Positions 31,045 through 43,028 of a DNA stretch of 64,000 nt are shown here, one piece after another. The position numbers and the translations under genes were made by a program. The notes below the pieces were generated by a model that saw only the letters and a program-made list of their open reading frames with translations, did no database searches and had not been told where the DNA came from. The stretch is from an uncultured Gemmatimonadales bacterium (GTDB taxonomy: Bacteria > ARS69). Position 1 is the stretch's first letter, and every line of letters starts with the position of its first letter. Where the stretch lies: NCBI GenBank assembly GCA_963725045.1, contig CAVRWY010000002.1, positions 238,864 through 302,863 on the forward strand, written 5' to 3'.

Positions 31045-33189
31045 TCAGCGACCGTCCGAGACCAACGAGACTTTGCGAGTCACCACCCGTTCGTTCGCCT
31101 GAGCGCGCACGAAGTAGATTCCCGGAGCGACCCGACGCCCGCGGTCATCCGTTCCTTCCCAGGCGATGCGTGTCCGGCCCGACTCGACGAGTCCGTCGTG
31201 CAGGACGCGAACGACTCGGCCGGTCACGTCGTACACCGCGCACGCGACGTTTGCGACTCCGGGACGAGGAGCTCGAGCTCCGTGCTTCCGGTGAAGGGAT
31301 TCGGGCGCGGGTACGGAGAGTTGGAAATCCGCATCGATGTCGCTTCGCGCGACGTTCCGGTCGCGAGAATCGGTCGAACGGGCTGCGCCTCCATGGATGC
31401 ATCCGACTGTGCCCCGCTCTCGCAGGGCGCGCTCGTCGTGGAGCTGAATCCGGTGTAAGCGCGGGTTCAGCGGTGAGATGGGGATTGAATCCGTTGCAGT
31501 CGACGGCGCCGATGAATCCGGTCGTCGAGGGACCGAGGCAGAGCGTGCCCCCGGTATCCCAGACGATCCACGATCCGAGGAGGAAGGGTCCGGTTGCCGA
31601 GGATGGACAGCTTGGACCGCCAGAAGAAGGCTCGACGCCGAACCGACATTGAAGACGCCGTTCGCCGGATTGAAACCGAGCGGAGTGAGCGTTCCCTGCA
31701 CGCCGGTCTCCAGAGCCGAAAGGCCCGCATCGGAGCAGGTCATCCACAAGTAGATCGAGCGCGCGCCGCCGGTCGGAGTGGAAACATTCTCCGAGGGGTT
31801 CGTGGCACTCGAGCTGATCGAGAAGCGATAACCTGGGACAGGCGGCGGGGGCAGCAGGACGAACGTCGCCGTCTCCGAAATGGGGCTCCTCATCGTGACG
31901 GAAGCGGGATTGTTGGTGCCGCTGTAGGACCCGGTCCCCGTTCCGGTCCAAAGTGAGAACGCATTCCCCGCGACAGGACTCGCCACGATGGAAACGACCG
32001 AGCTGGTGTCGCGCCATCCGGAGCTCGGGGTGACGATTCCGGCACCCTGAGCCCCCATCGTGAGGAAGAATTGTCGCTTGTACGTGGCGGTGAACGTCGA
32101 AGGAGCCGCAGGAACGGTAATGGTATGCGAGGGCGCCCCTCCATCCGTCCAGGAGACGAAAGTCAGCGCGGAACCCACCGGGTTCTCGATCATGGAGTGC
32201 ACGGCAACCTTATGCCGCGAGTACTGGAGCCAGACGAACGTTGCCGGTGAAGTGCGCGCCACTCCGTCGATCGTCATGGGAAGGCCGGGAGGAAGCGTCG
32301 TCACCGTGACGGAGACGGGAAAGACTGGGCCACAGCCGACTCCATGCGCCCCCACGAGAATGTTGCAGGGGTTTCCTCCTGGCAGGCATGGAGATCCCGA
32401 TCTCAGCGTGTAGTTCGCGGCCGGAGCATCGCAGAACTGCGGATCGGCGGAGAAATTCCCCGTGCTCCCCGGGAGATAAGTTCCCGGTGGATTGCCGAAA
32501 ATGTCGGAACAGGTGACGAGCGCCGAACCCCATGCCTGGCCACTGTTCATCGCGATGATCGAGCGGTCGATTCGAGGTGCTGGCGTAGACCACTGAGGCT
32601 GAAGGATCGGACCCGCGGTGTTTCCGGTGATCGTGCAGTTCCGCAGCGTCATCGGATTCGTCAGGGATGTGTAGTAGGTGATCGTTCCTCCGACTCCGTA
32701 CCCTGGGGCTCTCTCGTTCCTGGCGATCGTGCACTCTTCCAGTCGGACGCGGCTGAACGCGGCGTAGATCGCGGCACCGACTCCGGACGGTTGGATCAAG
32801 TTCTCGGTGAATCGACAGCGGAGGAATTTCGGTTCCGAGTATCGAATGTAAGCCCCCGCCCCTTCGTAATCGTATCCATCATGAAGGGTGATTCCCTCGA
32901 TGACCGTCGAGGAATCGCAGGTGGAAATGTAAAGCACACGCGAAGCCCGATCCGCGTCGATGGTGACGCAAGACGGATCCCCGTTGAAACTCCGGAGGAC
33001 TACCCCGGATTTCATCTCGACGTCGTGCTCGAAATACGTCCCGCACGACACGACGACAGAGTCGCCGTACGACGCCGCATTGATTCCTGCCTGAATGGTG
33101 GGGGCGTCCGCAGGAACTCGCACGGTCGCGGATTCCGCGGCGAGGACGGAGGCGAGAAGAATCGAAATGGTCAGGGGCCAGAGACGCAC
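31045..33189 (-). CDS. Secreted protein with parallel beta-helix, InlB-B/Flg_new-like repeats and FlgD-Ig CTD (internal compensating frameshifts)
   Basis: Signal peptide; VPADAPTIQAGINAA..GD, GNFSADPQFC..YTLRSGSPC, FSLWTG.G.G motifs; C-terminus YDVTGR...WEGTD...GIYFVR...TRKVSL. Confidence 0.8.
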   Translation of the reverse strand: MRLWPLTISILLASVLAAESATVRVPADAPTIQAGINAASYGDSVVVSCGTYFEHDVEMKSGVVLRSFNGDPSCVTIDADRASRVLYISTCDSSTVIEGITLHDGYDYEGAGAYIRYSEPKFLRCRFTENLIQPSGVGAAIYAAFSRVRLEECTIARNERAPGYGVGGTITYYTSLTNPMTLRNCTITGNTAGPILQPQWSTPAPRIDRSIIAMNSGQAWGSALVTCSDIFGNPPGTYLPGSTGNFSADPQFCDAPAANYTLRSGSPCLPGGNPCNILVGAHGVGCGPVFPVSVTVTTLPPGLPMTIDGVARTSPATFVWLQYSRHKVAVHSMIENPVGSALTFVSWTDGGAPSHTITVPAAPSTFTATYKRQFFLTMGAQGAGIVTPSSGWRDTSSVVSIVASPVAGNAFSLWTGTGTGSYSGTNNPASVTMRSPISETATFVLLPPPPVPGYRFSISSSATNPSENVSTPTGGARSIYLWMTCSDAGLSALETGVQGTLTPLGFNPANGVFNVGSASSLLLAVQAVHPRQPDPSSSDRGSSGIPGARSASVPRRPDSSAPSTATDSIPISPLNPRLHRIQLHDERALRERGTVGCIHGGAARSTDSRDRNVARSDIDADFQLSVPAPESLHRKHGARAPRPGVANVACAVYDVTGRVVRVLHDGLVESGRTRIAWEGTDDRGRRVAPGIYFVRAQANERVVTRKVSLVSDGR

Positions 33190-33364
33190 GGTTCTCCCTG
33201 GGGGGAGCCCGAACGTACCACCGCCGGAATCGTGACTTCAAGGGGTGATTGCAACTTCCGAGGATGACCTTCGTCATGTTCCGATCGCTCGGATGTGCAT
33301 CGCATTCAGCGGCTGCCGTGGTGCCCCAGGCGCCGGCCCCGGACTGCGTTTCCCCTCCGGGATT

Positions 33365-34489
33365 TTACTTCGCGGGCTTTTCCTTCCATTCCGCGACGAA
33401 GATGTTCGTCTCGCCGGGAACGGAGCCATTGCGATTCGATGCGAACGCCAGGCGCTTTCCGTCGGGATCGAACATGGGGAAGCCGTCGAAGGAGGGGCAT
33501 GTAGTGACTCGCTCGAGACCGGTGCCGTCCAGATTCACCAGATAGAGATCGAAGTCACGGCCCTTCGGATCGGCGAGATTCGACGCGAAGATGATGCGCT
33601 TTCCGTCCGGTGTGAAATACGGCGCGAAGTTCGCGGCTCCGTTCGAGGTGACGCGCGTCTTTCCCGTGCCGTTGGCGTTCATCCACCAGAGATCGAGCTG
33701 GCGCGGCTTCACCAGCCCTTTCGCGAGAAGCCGGCGGAAGTCCTCGAGCGCTGCGCCGGAATCCGGCCGGCTCGAGCGCCACACGATCTTCTTCCCGTCT
33801 CGTGAAAAGAAGGCACCGCCGTCGTATCCCGGAGCATCGGTGAGGCGCGTCACGTCGCTGCCGTCGGGGCGCATCTTGTAGAGATCGATGTCTCCGTCAC
33901 GCGTCGACGTGAACACGATCCACTTTCCATCCGTCGAGCACGTCGCTTCGGCGTCGTAGGCGTCGTTCTTGGTGAGCGCCTTCGGGTCGGAGCCGTCCGT
34001 CTTCGCCGTCCAGATCTCGTACGTTCCGTAGAGCGGCCAGACGTAACCTTCGGAGTGATCGGGATTCGGCGGACAATCGGGAGAGGCCGCGTGCGTGGAG
34101 GAATAGAGAATGCGATCCGTCTTGGGAATAAAATAGGCGCACGTCGTGCGGCCGGCGCCGGTGGAGACGAGACTGCGCTCGGTGCCGTCGGCCTTCATGG
34201 CGTAGATCTGATCGCAGCCGCCTTCAGGCTTCGTCCATTGATAGATGAGGTGCGAGCCGTCCGGGGACCAATAGGCCTCGGCGTTCTGTCCTCCGAACGT
34301 GATCTGCTTGACGTTGACGAGGCGCTCCTCACCTTCGAAGTGGAGACCTTGCGGCTCGGGCGGGCGTTCCGCGTGCGCGCGCGCAGCGCCGCCGGAGTCG
34401 GCCTGTGCGTCCGCACCGAGGGCGCGGCTCGCGGCGCAAAGAACGGTGCATCCCAAGACGACGGCGACGAAGGAGAGAGGACGAACCAA
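33365..34489 (-). CDS. TolB-like PD40 beta-propeller protein
   Basis: Signal peptide; GQNAEAYWSPDG, YDAEAT, YDGGAFFS, NFAPYFTPDG and FDGFPMF repeats. Confidence 0.9.
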   Translation of the reverse strand: MVRPLSFVAVVLGCTVLCAASRALGADAQADSGGAARAHAERPPEPQGLHFEGEERLVNVKQITFGGQNAEAYWSPDGSHLIYQWTKPEGGCDQIYAMKADGTERSLVSTGAGRTTCAYFIPKTDRILYSSTHAASPDCPPNPDHSEGYVWPLYGTYEIWTAKTDGSDPKALTKNDAYDAEATCSTDGKWIVFTSTRDGDIDLYKMRPDGSDVTRLTDAPGYDGGAFFSRDGKKIVWRSSRPDSGAALEDFRRLLAKGLVKPRQLDLWWMNANGTGKTRVTSNGAANFAPYFTPDGKRIIFASNLADPKGRDFDLYLVNLDGTGLERVTTCPSFDGFPMFDPDGKRLAFASNRNGSVPGETNIFVAEWKEKPAK

Positions 34490-34609
34490 GGCGACGCTCC
34501 TGGTTGAGTTCGAATCGAGGCGACAACTCCGGAGAAGCTACAACGGCCCGGCCTGGCGCGAAACCTCCCGGCGCGGCCCGGAAGTCATGGGTTCGTCACG
34601 GGAGCACCT

Positions 34610-35549
34610 CTATTTCGCCCCCTCGATCTTCGCGAGGAGCGCGGGATCGTTCGGCAGAAGCTCCGACTTCACGAGACGCCGCGGCAGCTCTCGCCAGCTC
34701 GGGTCGATCGCGTACACCTGCGCGAAGATCGGCAGCGCATCGTCGGTCTTCCCGGCGTTCGACAGCGACACCGCGTTCCAGAACAGCACTTCGGGATTTC
34801 CCGGCGCGAGCTTCGCCGCCTTTCCGTACTCCTTCTGTGCGAGCACGAAGTCCTTCTTCTCGATCGCGAGATCGCCTTCGTTCATCGCCGCGTACGCGCG
34901 CGCCGTTTGCAAGAGCCGGCGCATTTCCTTCACCGGCTCGGCGTGATCGTCGACGCGCAGATCGAACGGGAAGTCCGCCCACGACCGGCCCGTATTCTTC
35001 GGGCCCGCCACCACGAGCGCGGCCGATTGCTGCCCGCGGATGTCGCCGCCTTCGGCTTGCGCCGCTTCGAGCGCCGCCATCAATCGCTCCGCGAGATCTC
35101 CCTTCGTCGTCTCGAACGCGCGTGCCATCGCCTTGGGCACGGTATCCGTGCGCATCAAATTCGCCTGCACCGAGTAATTCTCGCCCACGATGTGCCCCGC
35201 GTAAGTCGATGCACTTCGCGCCGGTGTGCGCGGCGATTCCGCCGTCGGCGTCCAGGATCGCGACTTGCCGCAGGTCCGGCGCCGAATCCGACGCGCGCAA
35301 GCCCTCGAGCGCGTCCTCCGCCGACCGCCCCAGGCGCAGCAGCTCGAGCCCGCCGGGCCCGTACGTGAAGTCCACGAGCGACTGCGTCGCGACGGCACCG
35401 ACTCCCGGCTCCACCCAGATCACTTCCGCGACCTTGAACCAGTGCGATTGCACCGCGCCGCCGATCTCCCCGGTCGACGGATCGCGGGCGACGATGGAGT
35501 ACGTGTGCGCGAGCGTCGCGAGCGCGACGGCGGCGATCGAGATCGTCAT
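34610..35549 (-). CDS. DUF1028 (Ntn-hydrolase-like) domain protein with TPR (frameshift near 35205)
   Basis: Signal peptide then TYSIVARDP..G..G.AVQSH; GAVATQS, RQV, GGDIRGQQSAAL and DLRVDDH motifs. Confidence 0.9.
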
Positions 35550-35649
35550 GACTCACCTCCTGAACGTCGGGCGAAGTCTCCTTGACCGGCGTCGACGCGT
35601 CCACCGACGATCGCCGCATGAATCGGCGCACCCCGACGCGGATCGCCGC

Positions 35650-36256
35650 ATGAGCTTCACTCGCCGCCGATCGAGGCGATCGTGCTCGCCGCCGGGTCGT
35701 CGACGCGGCTCGGTCGGCCGAAGGCGTTGGTGCAGATCGGGGATCGGACGGTTCTCGAGCGAATCCTGGGCGAGCTCCAGGCGGCGGGGATCGCGCGCGG
35801 GGTGGTCGTGGGCGGCGAGCATCTGGACGCGATGAAATCGCGCGTCGCCGCCGCTCCACTCCGCTACGCCTGGAACCCGAGTCCCGAAGCCGGGCGGATG
35901 GGATCGATCGTCATCGGGCTGGCGTCGACCGAGCCGGAATCGGACGTGCTGCTGTGGCCGGTGGACCGGCCGCTGGCGAAGGCCGCGACGGTGCGCGCGC
36001 TCCTGCAGGCCCGCGAGCGTGAGACCAGCATGGAAGCGGTCCTGGTGCCGTCGTCGGAGGGGCGGCGCGGGCATCCGATCCTCATCGGCTGGGGGCTGCG
36101 CAGCGCGCTTCTGGGCAGCGAGCCGGATGCGAATCTCCGGGAAGTGCTCGCGAGCTTGGGCGTTCGGCGCGTGGAGGTCGCGGTGCCCGACCCGGGAATC
36201 CACGCCGAGCTGGATACCGAAGAGGATGCGGCGCGCTTGAAGGACGGCGGCCTGAA
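35650..36256 (+). CDS. MocA/MobA-like nucleotidyltransferase (molybdenum cofactor cytidylyltransferase-like); ends approximate
   Basis: IVLAAGSSTRLGRPKAL, GRMGSI, PVDRP, GRRGHP and LDT.ED motifs. The ORF as given overruns the next gene, which suggests indels at both ends. Confidence 0.8.
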
Positions 36257-36364
36257 GCGCGGACCGGCGCCGATCGCCGGCGCTGAAGCGGCGGTCGTGC
36301 CGCGCGCTGCAACTTTCGAAGGGGCCTCCCTCCGTGTTCTCGCCGAACACTCAGGAGGTTCCCC

Positions 36365-37454
36365 ATGCCGACCCGGACAATTCGCTCTCGCGTTCCCCAT
36401 ATCTTGCTCCTCGTCGCCGCGCTTTTCGCGGGCGCGCTCGCGCCGCCGCTCGCGCGCGCGGAGACGAACATCGCCGCCGAGCCCTCCGGCGAGAACATCG
36501 TGACGATCGACGTCGGAGACGCCGTGATTCCCGTGCAGGAAGCGGCGTACTGGATCGTCGACACTGCGTCGCCCTCGATCCCGCTCATCGCTCGATTCTC
36601 CGTCGAACGGAACCGGCTCGGTCAACTTCGTCACCTACATTCAGCCGGGGATCGGGACCGTCTACTTCGAGCCGGGACAGCAGACGGCATCCGCTCAGGT
36701 GACTTTCCCTGCGGGTCCGCCGGAGGACACTTATCAAGGATGGGGCGCGAAATGGGCCTACTTCGCGCTCACGAAGACTTCGGGCGGAATCGAATGGGGA
36801 TTCCCGAACACGCTCTATTTCGCGCAGGTGTATCCGAACTTTCCGTCCGAACGCGGAGGAGACGACTGCGTCACTTGTCTTTGGGGCTGGCTGCTCTACG
36901 TGCTGAACATCTCGAATGATTACATCTGCGCCGCCGTGACCGAGCCGCAGCGACGCGAGCTCCCCGTGGATCCGAACGGAAGTGCGGCGCCACCGCAGAT
37001 CTCTGCGGGCGGGGAGAATGCGATGACTACGCTCCGCCGGTATCGCGACGAAGTGCTCGCGTCCAGCGCCGACGGACAGTTCTACGCCGATCTCTACACG
37101 GAGCACTCGCTCGATCTGTCTCGCGCGATCGTGGCGGCGCCGTCGCTGGCGGCGCGCCTCTTCAATGCGCACGGTGCGTGGGTCTCGGGAATCTCCGCGC
37201 TCGTGAACGGCACCGGCGGAACTTTCGTGGTGACGCAGCAGATGGAGGACGATCTGAATTCCCTGCTCGACACGTTCGAGTCGGTCGGAAGTCCCGCGCT
37301 GCAGCAGATGCTCGCGTTCGAGCGGGGCAGACTACAGCTCGACCAGATCGCCGGACTCTCGATGACCGAGTATCAGGAGCAGATCGAAACGCTTGGCGGA
37401 CCGACGGCCGTCGAGCCGGTGACGTGGGGGAGAGTGAAGTCGCTGTATCGCTAA
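36365..37454 (+). CDS. Secreted protein with CFI-box-CTERM-like module and C-terminal TWGRVKSLYR motif (frameshifted around 36600-36700)
   Basis: AGGAGG RBS; signal peptide ending LARA-E; TLRRYRDEVLASSADGQFYADLYTEHS; ends GPTAVEPVTWGRVKSLYR. Confidence 0.75.
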
Positions 37455-37472
37455 GTCGTCGATGGCCGGAGT

Positions 37473-37521
37473 GGAGCGGGGGGCGCAAGGAACGGGTGGT
37501 TCGCGCCCGTGCCCCCGCTTC
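37473..37521. terminator. Hairpin between convergent genes
   Basis: AGCGGGGG...CCCCCGCT outer stem with ACGGGTG/CGCCCGT inner stem. Confidence 0.5.
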
Positions 37522-37522
37522 C

Positions 37523-38496
37523 TCAAGGAGTTCGCGGCGCCCGCGGCGTGAGCCCGAGTCTCTTCACCTCGTCGACGAACTTCCCGGCGTTCATCTCCCA
37601 ATACTTCATGCGCTCGCTCGCCAGAAGCTCCGCGCGATCGCCGGCCGACGTCTCCCAGCGCACGATGCGGTGCGGCGCGCGCCTTCTCCACATCGACGGT
37701 CCAGGCGCGCTGCCCGGCGACGTCGACGCTCCAGGTCTCGCACTCGAACGACCCGGCGGGAACCGCGACGGTCCGCGTCTGCGCCGCGCGTGTGAATGTC
37801 GCTGTCGTCCACTCCGCGGGACGATGCCGGACCCGTGAGCTCTGCGCCGATGGAAGAAAGGGGAGCGTGCGCGACTCGCCCGGCGCCATGAACGGCGCCG
37901 CGAATCCTCGCGCCCACAAGAGAATCGTCTCCTCGGCGACGCCGTCCGGCTTTGCGTTCGATCGTGGCGCTCCGATCCGCCTCGCCGTCGAAGTAGCTGT
38001 GCGACGTGCGCCGGATCGATTTCGCATCGTAGAGCGACTGCTCGTAGACGTGGCCGCACCATTCCTGACAGGAGAACGAAATCTTCGCCGGCGTCCCCGT
38101 AGAAATGCCGTCCGCCGGCGCAAGCGCGACGAACACGCTGGTCATGATGTTGTAGTCGTAGATGCCGGTCGGGAAATCCTGCACGAGGTTCAATTTCATG
38201 ACCGGAAACTCGTCGGACTTCGCGTGCTTGCCGGGGTCTGCTTTGACGCGTGCTTCGTTCGAGAACGTCTCGGTCACGAAGATCGCGACCGCGGTTCCCC
38301 GGCGCGGCTCTCCGTAGCGCGAGAACGTGAGGTCGTAGCCGGCGAGCTCGGCCTGGCCGTCGCCCCACTGTTTCCAGAATGCGTCGCCGAAGGGGGAGGG
38401 TGCTGGCGCGGCAGCATCGACGCGATCCGGCCCGATCCGCGCGGCGAGAAGCGCGAGCGCAACACTGGCCGCGAGAAGAGCTCCGGCGCGAAGCAC
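37523..38496 (-). CDS. Conserved exported hypothetical protein (two frameshifts)
   Basis: Signal peptide; WGDGQAELAGYDL..RYGE.R.G.AV.IFVTE.F, KLN..FPTGIYDY, QEWCGH and YWE motifs of a conserved uncharacterised family. Confidence 0.75.
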
Positions 38497-38510
38497 GCTC
38501 GCTTTCCTCC

Positions 38511-40117
<1,607 letters not shown>

Positions 40118-40133
40118 CTACATTGCGCGCATC

Positions 40134-41465
40134 GTGAGCCGCACTCGCTTCCGACGCACCGCCCCCCTCGCCGATCGCACCCCCGACGCGCCCGAGCTTC
40201 GGCGCGGCGCTGCGCTTCTGGGCGCGGCTCGGTTGCATCAACTTCGGCGGGCCCGACCGCGCAGATCGCCATCCTCCATCAGGAGGTGGTGGAGCGCCGG
40301 CGCTGGGTCTCCGAGGATCGCTTCCTTCACGCATTGAGCTTCTGCATGCTCATGCCGGGACCCGAAGCGCAGCAGCTGGCGACGTACTTGGGCTGGCTCC
40401 TGCACCGAACGCCGGGAGCGGTCGCGGCAGGCGTTCTCTTCGTGGCGCCGTCGATCCTGATCCTCCTCGCGCTCTCCTGGGTCTACGTGAGCTTCGGCAC
40501 GGTGCCGATCGTGGAGGCGGCGTTCCACGGGGTTCGGCCCGCGGTCGCCGCGATCGTCGCGGCCGCGCTCCTACGCATCGGCCGGCGCGTATTGCGCCAT
40601 CCGGTGAACATCGCGATCGCGGTGGCGCGCGTTCGTCGCGATCTTTTTGATCAAGGCGCCGTTTCCGCTCGTGATCTTGGCCGCGCTCGCGATCGGCGCG
40701 CTGGGCGTTCGCTTCGCGCCGTCGATCTTCTCGCCGCCGGCGGCGCCGCACGGTCACGGCGCGGGCTCATCTCCGGCATCGCCCGCCCTCGACCCCGGCG
40801 ATCTTCCGCGTCCCAGCATCGGCCGCGCGGTCCGCATCATGGCGGTGTTTCTGCTGCTCTGGGCCGGACCCTGGTTCGGGCTCGTCGCCTGGAAGGGGCA
40901 GAGTCACGTCTTCGTCGACGAGGCGACGTTCTTCACCAAGGCGGCGCTGGTCACGTTCGGCGGGGCCTACGCGGTTCTTCCGTACGTCGCCCAGGAAGCG
41001 GTGGAGCGCTTCGGCTGGCTCACGACCGAGCAGATGATCGACGGGCTCGGGCTCGCCGAGACCACGCCGGGTCCGCTCATCATGGTCCTCCAATTCGTCG
41101 GGTTCCTCGCAGGGTGGAATCACGCGGGGCTCGGGGTCACCGGCGCGGTGATCGGCGGGCTCGTCGCGACCTACTTCACGTTCCTGCCGTCCTTCGCCTG
41201 GATCCTCCTGGGTGCGCCGTCCATCGAGCGCATGCGGGGCGACTCGCGCGTCGCGGGCGCGCTGGCCGCGGTGACCGCGGCGGTGGTGGGGGTGATGGCG
41301 AACCTCGGGGTGTGGTTCGCCATGGAAGTGATCCGCGACCCGTGGAGCGTGGGGATCGCACTCGGTGCGTTTCTCGCGGTCGCGCGATTCGGATGGGGGG
41401 TGGCCGCCGTCGTGCTCGCGGCCGCGGGGCTCTCCGTCCTCCGGCACCTCGGGGGGCTGGGGTAG
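40134..41465 (+). CDS. chrA: Chromate efflux transporter, long-chain CHR family (frameshifted)
   Basis: [34 protein letters not shown] and FLPSF motifs. Confidence 0.92.
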
Positions 41466-41830
41466 GGGCGCCGGGCTGGTTCTCGGGCCTCGGAGAACGC
41501 CTTCCCGGGACTCCGGCGGGTCGCCCGTCGGCCTGCGCAGATCCTCCAAGCCCAATGGATACAGGGACTTCCATGAATCGCCCGGCCTCGGCGCCGCCTT
41601 GCCCACCCCTTCAGAAAACGGGTTCCCGTTTCCGGGAAATCCTGTAGGATTCGCGCCGCTCGAACGAGCGACGAGCGGCATCGCTCGCGTCACACGGGAG
41701 GGTTGCTGCGGTCCTCCCCGTCGATTTCGGCGAACGCCGGTCGGCGAACGTCCGTCGTCACGGGACGGAGAAGAACTCGCCCTGTATCCAAGCTCTCTGG
41801 CCGCAGAGAGACTTCTGGAGTGACTAAAGC

Positions 41831-42415
41831 ATGTTCAAGAGAACCTGGATCGCCTGTCTCTTCCTCGTCGTCTTCGGAATCGCCGCGTGCGCCTCGCCCC
41901 CGCAACAGCTCATCGATCAGTCGCGCAAGGCGATGGAAGACGCCAAGGCGGCGGGTGCGGAGATGTACGCCAAGGACGCGATGGACAAGGCGATGGAGAG
42001 CTTCAACGCTGCCGAGGCGGAGCTCGCCGCGCAGTCCAAGAAGTTCGCGGCGTCGCGGAACTACAAGGTCGCGATGGAGAAGTTCCAGCAAGCCAACGCC
42101 GGTTTCGAGCAGGCCACGATGGATGCGAACACGGCCAAGGAAGCGATGAAGGCCGAAGTCGACCTCATGATGAAGGACGCAACGGCGGTCGTGGACGGCG
42201 TCGAGCAGAAGATGGCGAAGATCGTCGCCAGCAAGCCCAAGATGGATCTCACGCAGTGGCAGAACGACGTCGCGGGCCTCCGTCAGGGGCTCACCGACGC
42301 GAGCGCGGCGATCTCGTCCGAGGACTACATCACGGCGAAGGCCAAGATCCAGTCCGTGATGGCCAAGGCGACGGAGATCGACGGCTACATGAACTCCACT
42401 CCGGGCAAGAAGTAG
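41831..42415 (+). CDS. Helical Ala/Lys/Met-rich lipoprotein (DUF4398-like)
   Basis: Lipobox IAAC; PP...A..A...A..YA pattern; coiled-coil composition; GGAG RBS. Confidence 0.8.
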   Translation: MFKRTWIACLFLVVFGIAACASPPQQLIDQSRKAMEDAKAAGAEMYAKDAMDKAMESFNAAEAELAAQSKKFAASRNYKVAMEKFQQANAGFEQATMDANTAKEAMKAEVDLMMKDATAVVDGVEQKMAKIVASKPKMDLTQWQNDVAGLRQGLTDASAAISSEDYITAKAKIQSVMAKATEIDGYMNSTPGKK

Positions 42416-42437
42416 CCTCGACGCGGAGCTCGATTCG

Positions 42438-43028
42438 ATGATGGCGCGCGGTGGGGAAACTCGCCGCGCGCATCTTTTGGCCCTCCTGCATCGGTATGCG
42501 CCCGCGGATTCGCGGGAATCCGAGCATCATCGGCGCATCGTGAGCCTGGTCGCCGGCGCGCCAGATCCCTTTTCGCGCCGTGCCTTCGATCCCGGGCACG
42601 TCACCGCGAGCGCGTTCATTCTCTCGCCCGAACGCGACGCGCTCCTCCTCGTCTTTCATTCCAAGCTGGCGCGGTGGCTGCAGCCGGGCGGGCACGTCGA
42701 TCCGGACGATGCCGACGTCGCGGCGGCCGCGCGACGCGAGGCCCACGAGGAAGCGGGTGTCGATGCGTTGAACGCGCTCGAGCCGAACGCGATCTTCGAC
42801 CTCGACGTGCATCCGATTCCGGCGCGCAAGAAGGAGCCCGCGCACGAGCACTTCGACGTGAGGCTGCTCTTCGCCGCGCAGGATCGCGCGGTCGTCGCCG
42901 CGTCCGACGCGCTCGACGTGCGCTGGTTCTCGTTCGACGCGGTCGAGGCGGCGGATGCGGATCCTTCGGTGATCCGCGCGCTCGCGAAGATCAGGCGGGC
43001 GGAAGACCTGCAGCGGCGCGATCCGTGA
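42438..43028 (+). CDS. NUDIX hydrolase
   Basis: GHVTASA, WLQPGGH.D...AARREAHEEAG Nudix box, H.H.DVR. Confidence 0.92.
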   Translation: MMARGGETRRAHLLALLHRYAPADSRESEHHRRIVSLVAGAPDPFSRRAFDPGHVTASAFILSPERDALLLVFHSKLARWLQPGGHVDPDDADVAAAARREAHEEAGVDALNALEPNAIFDLDVHPIPARKKEPAHEHFDVRLLFAAQDRAVVAASDALDVRWFSFDAVEAADADPSVIRALAKIRRAEDLQRRDP

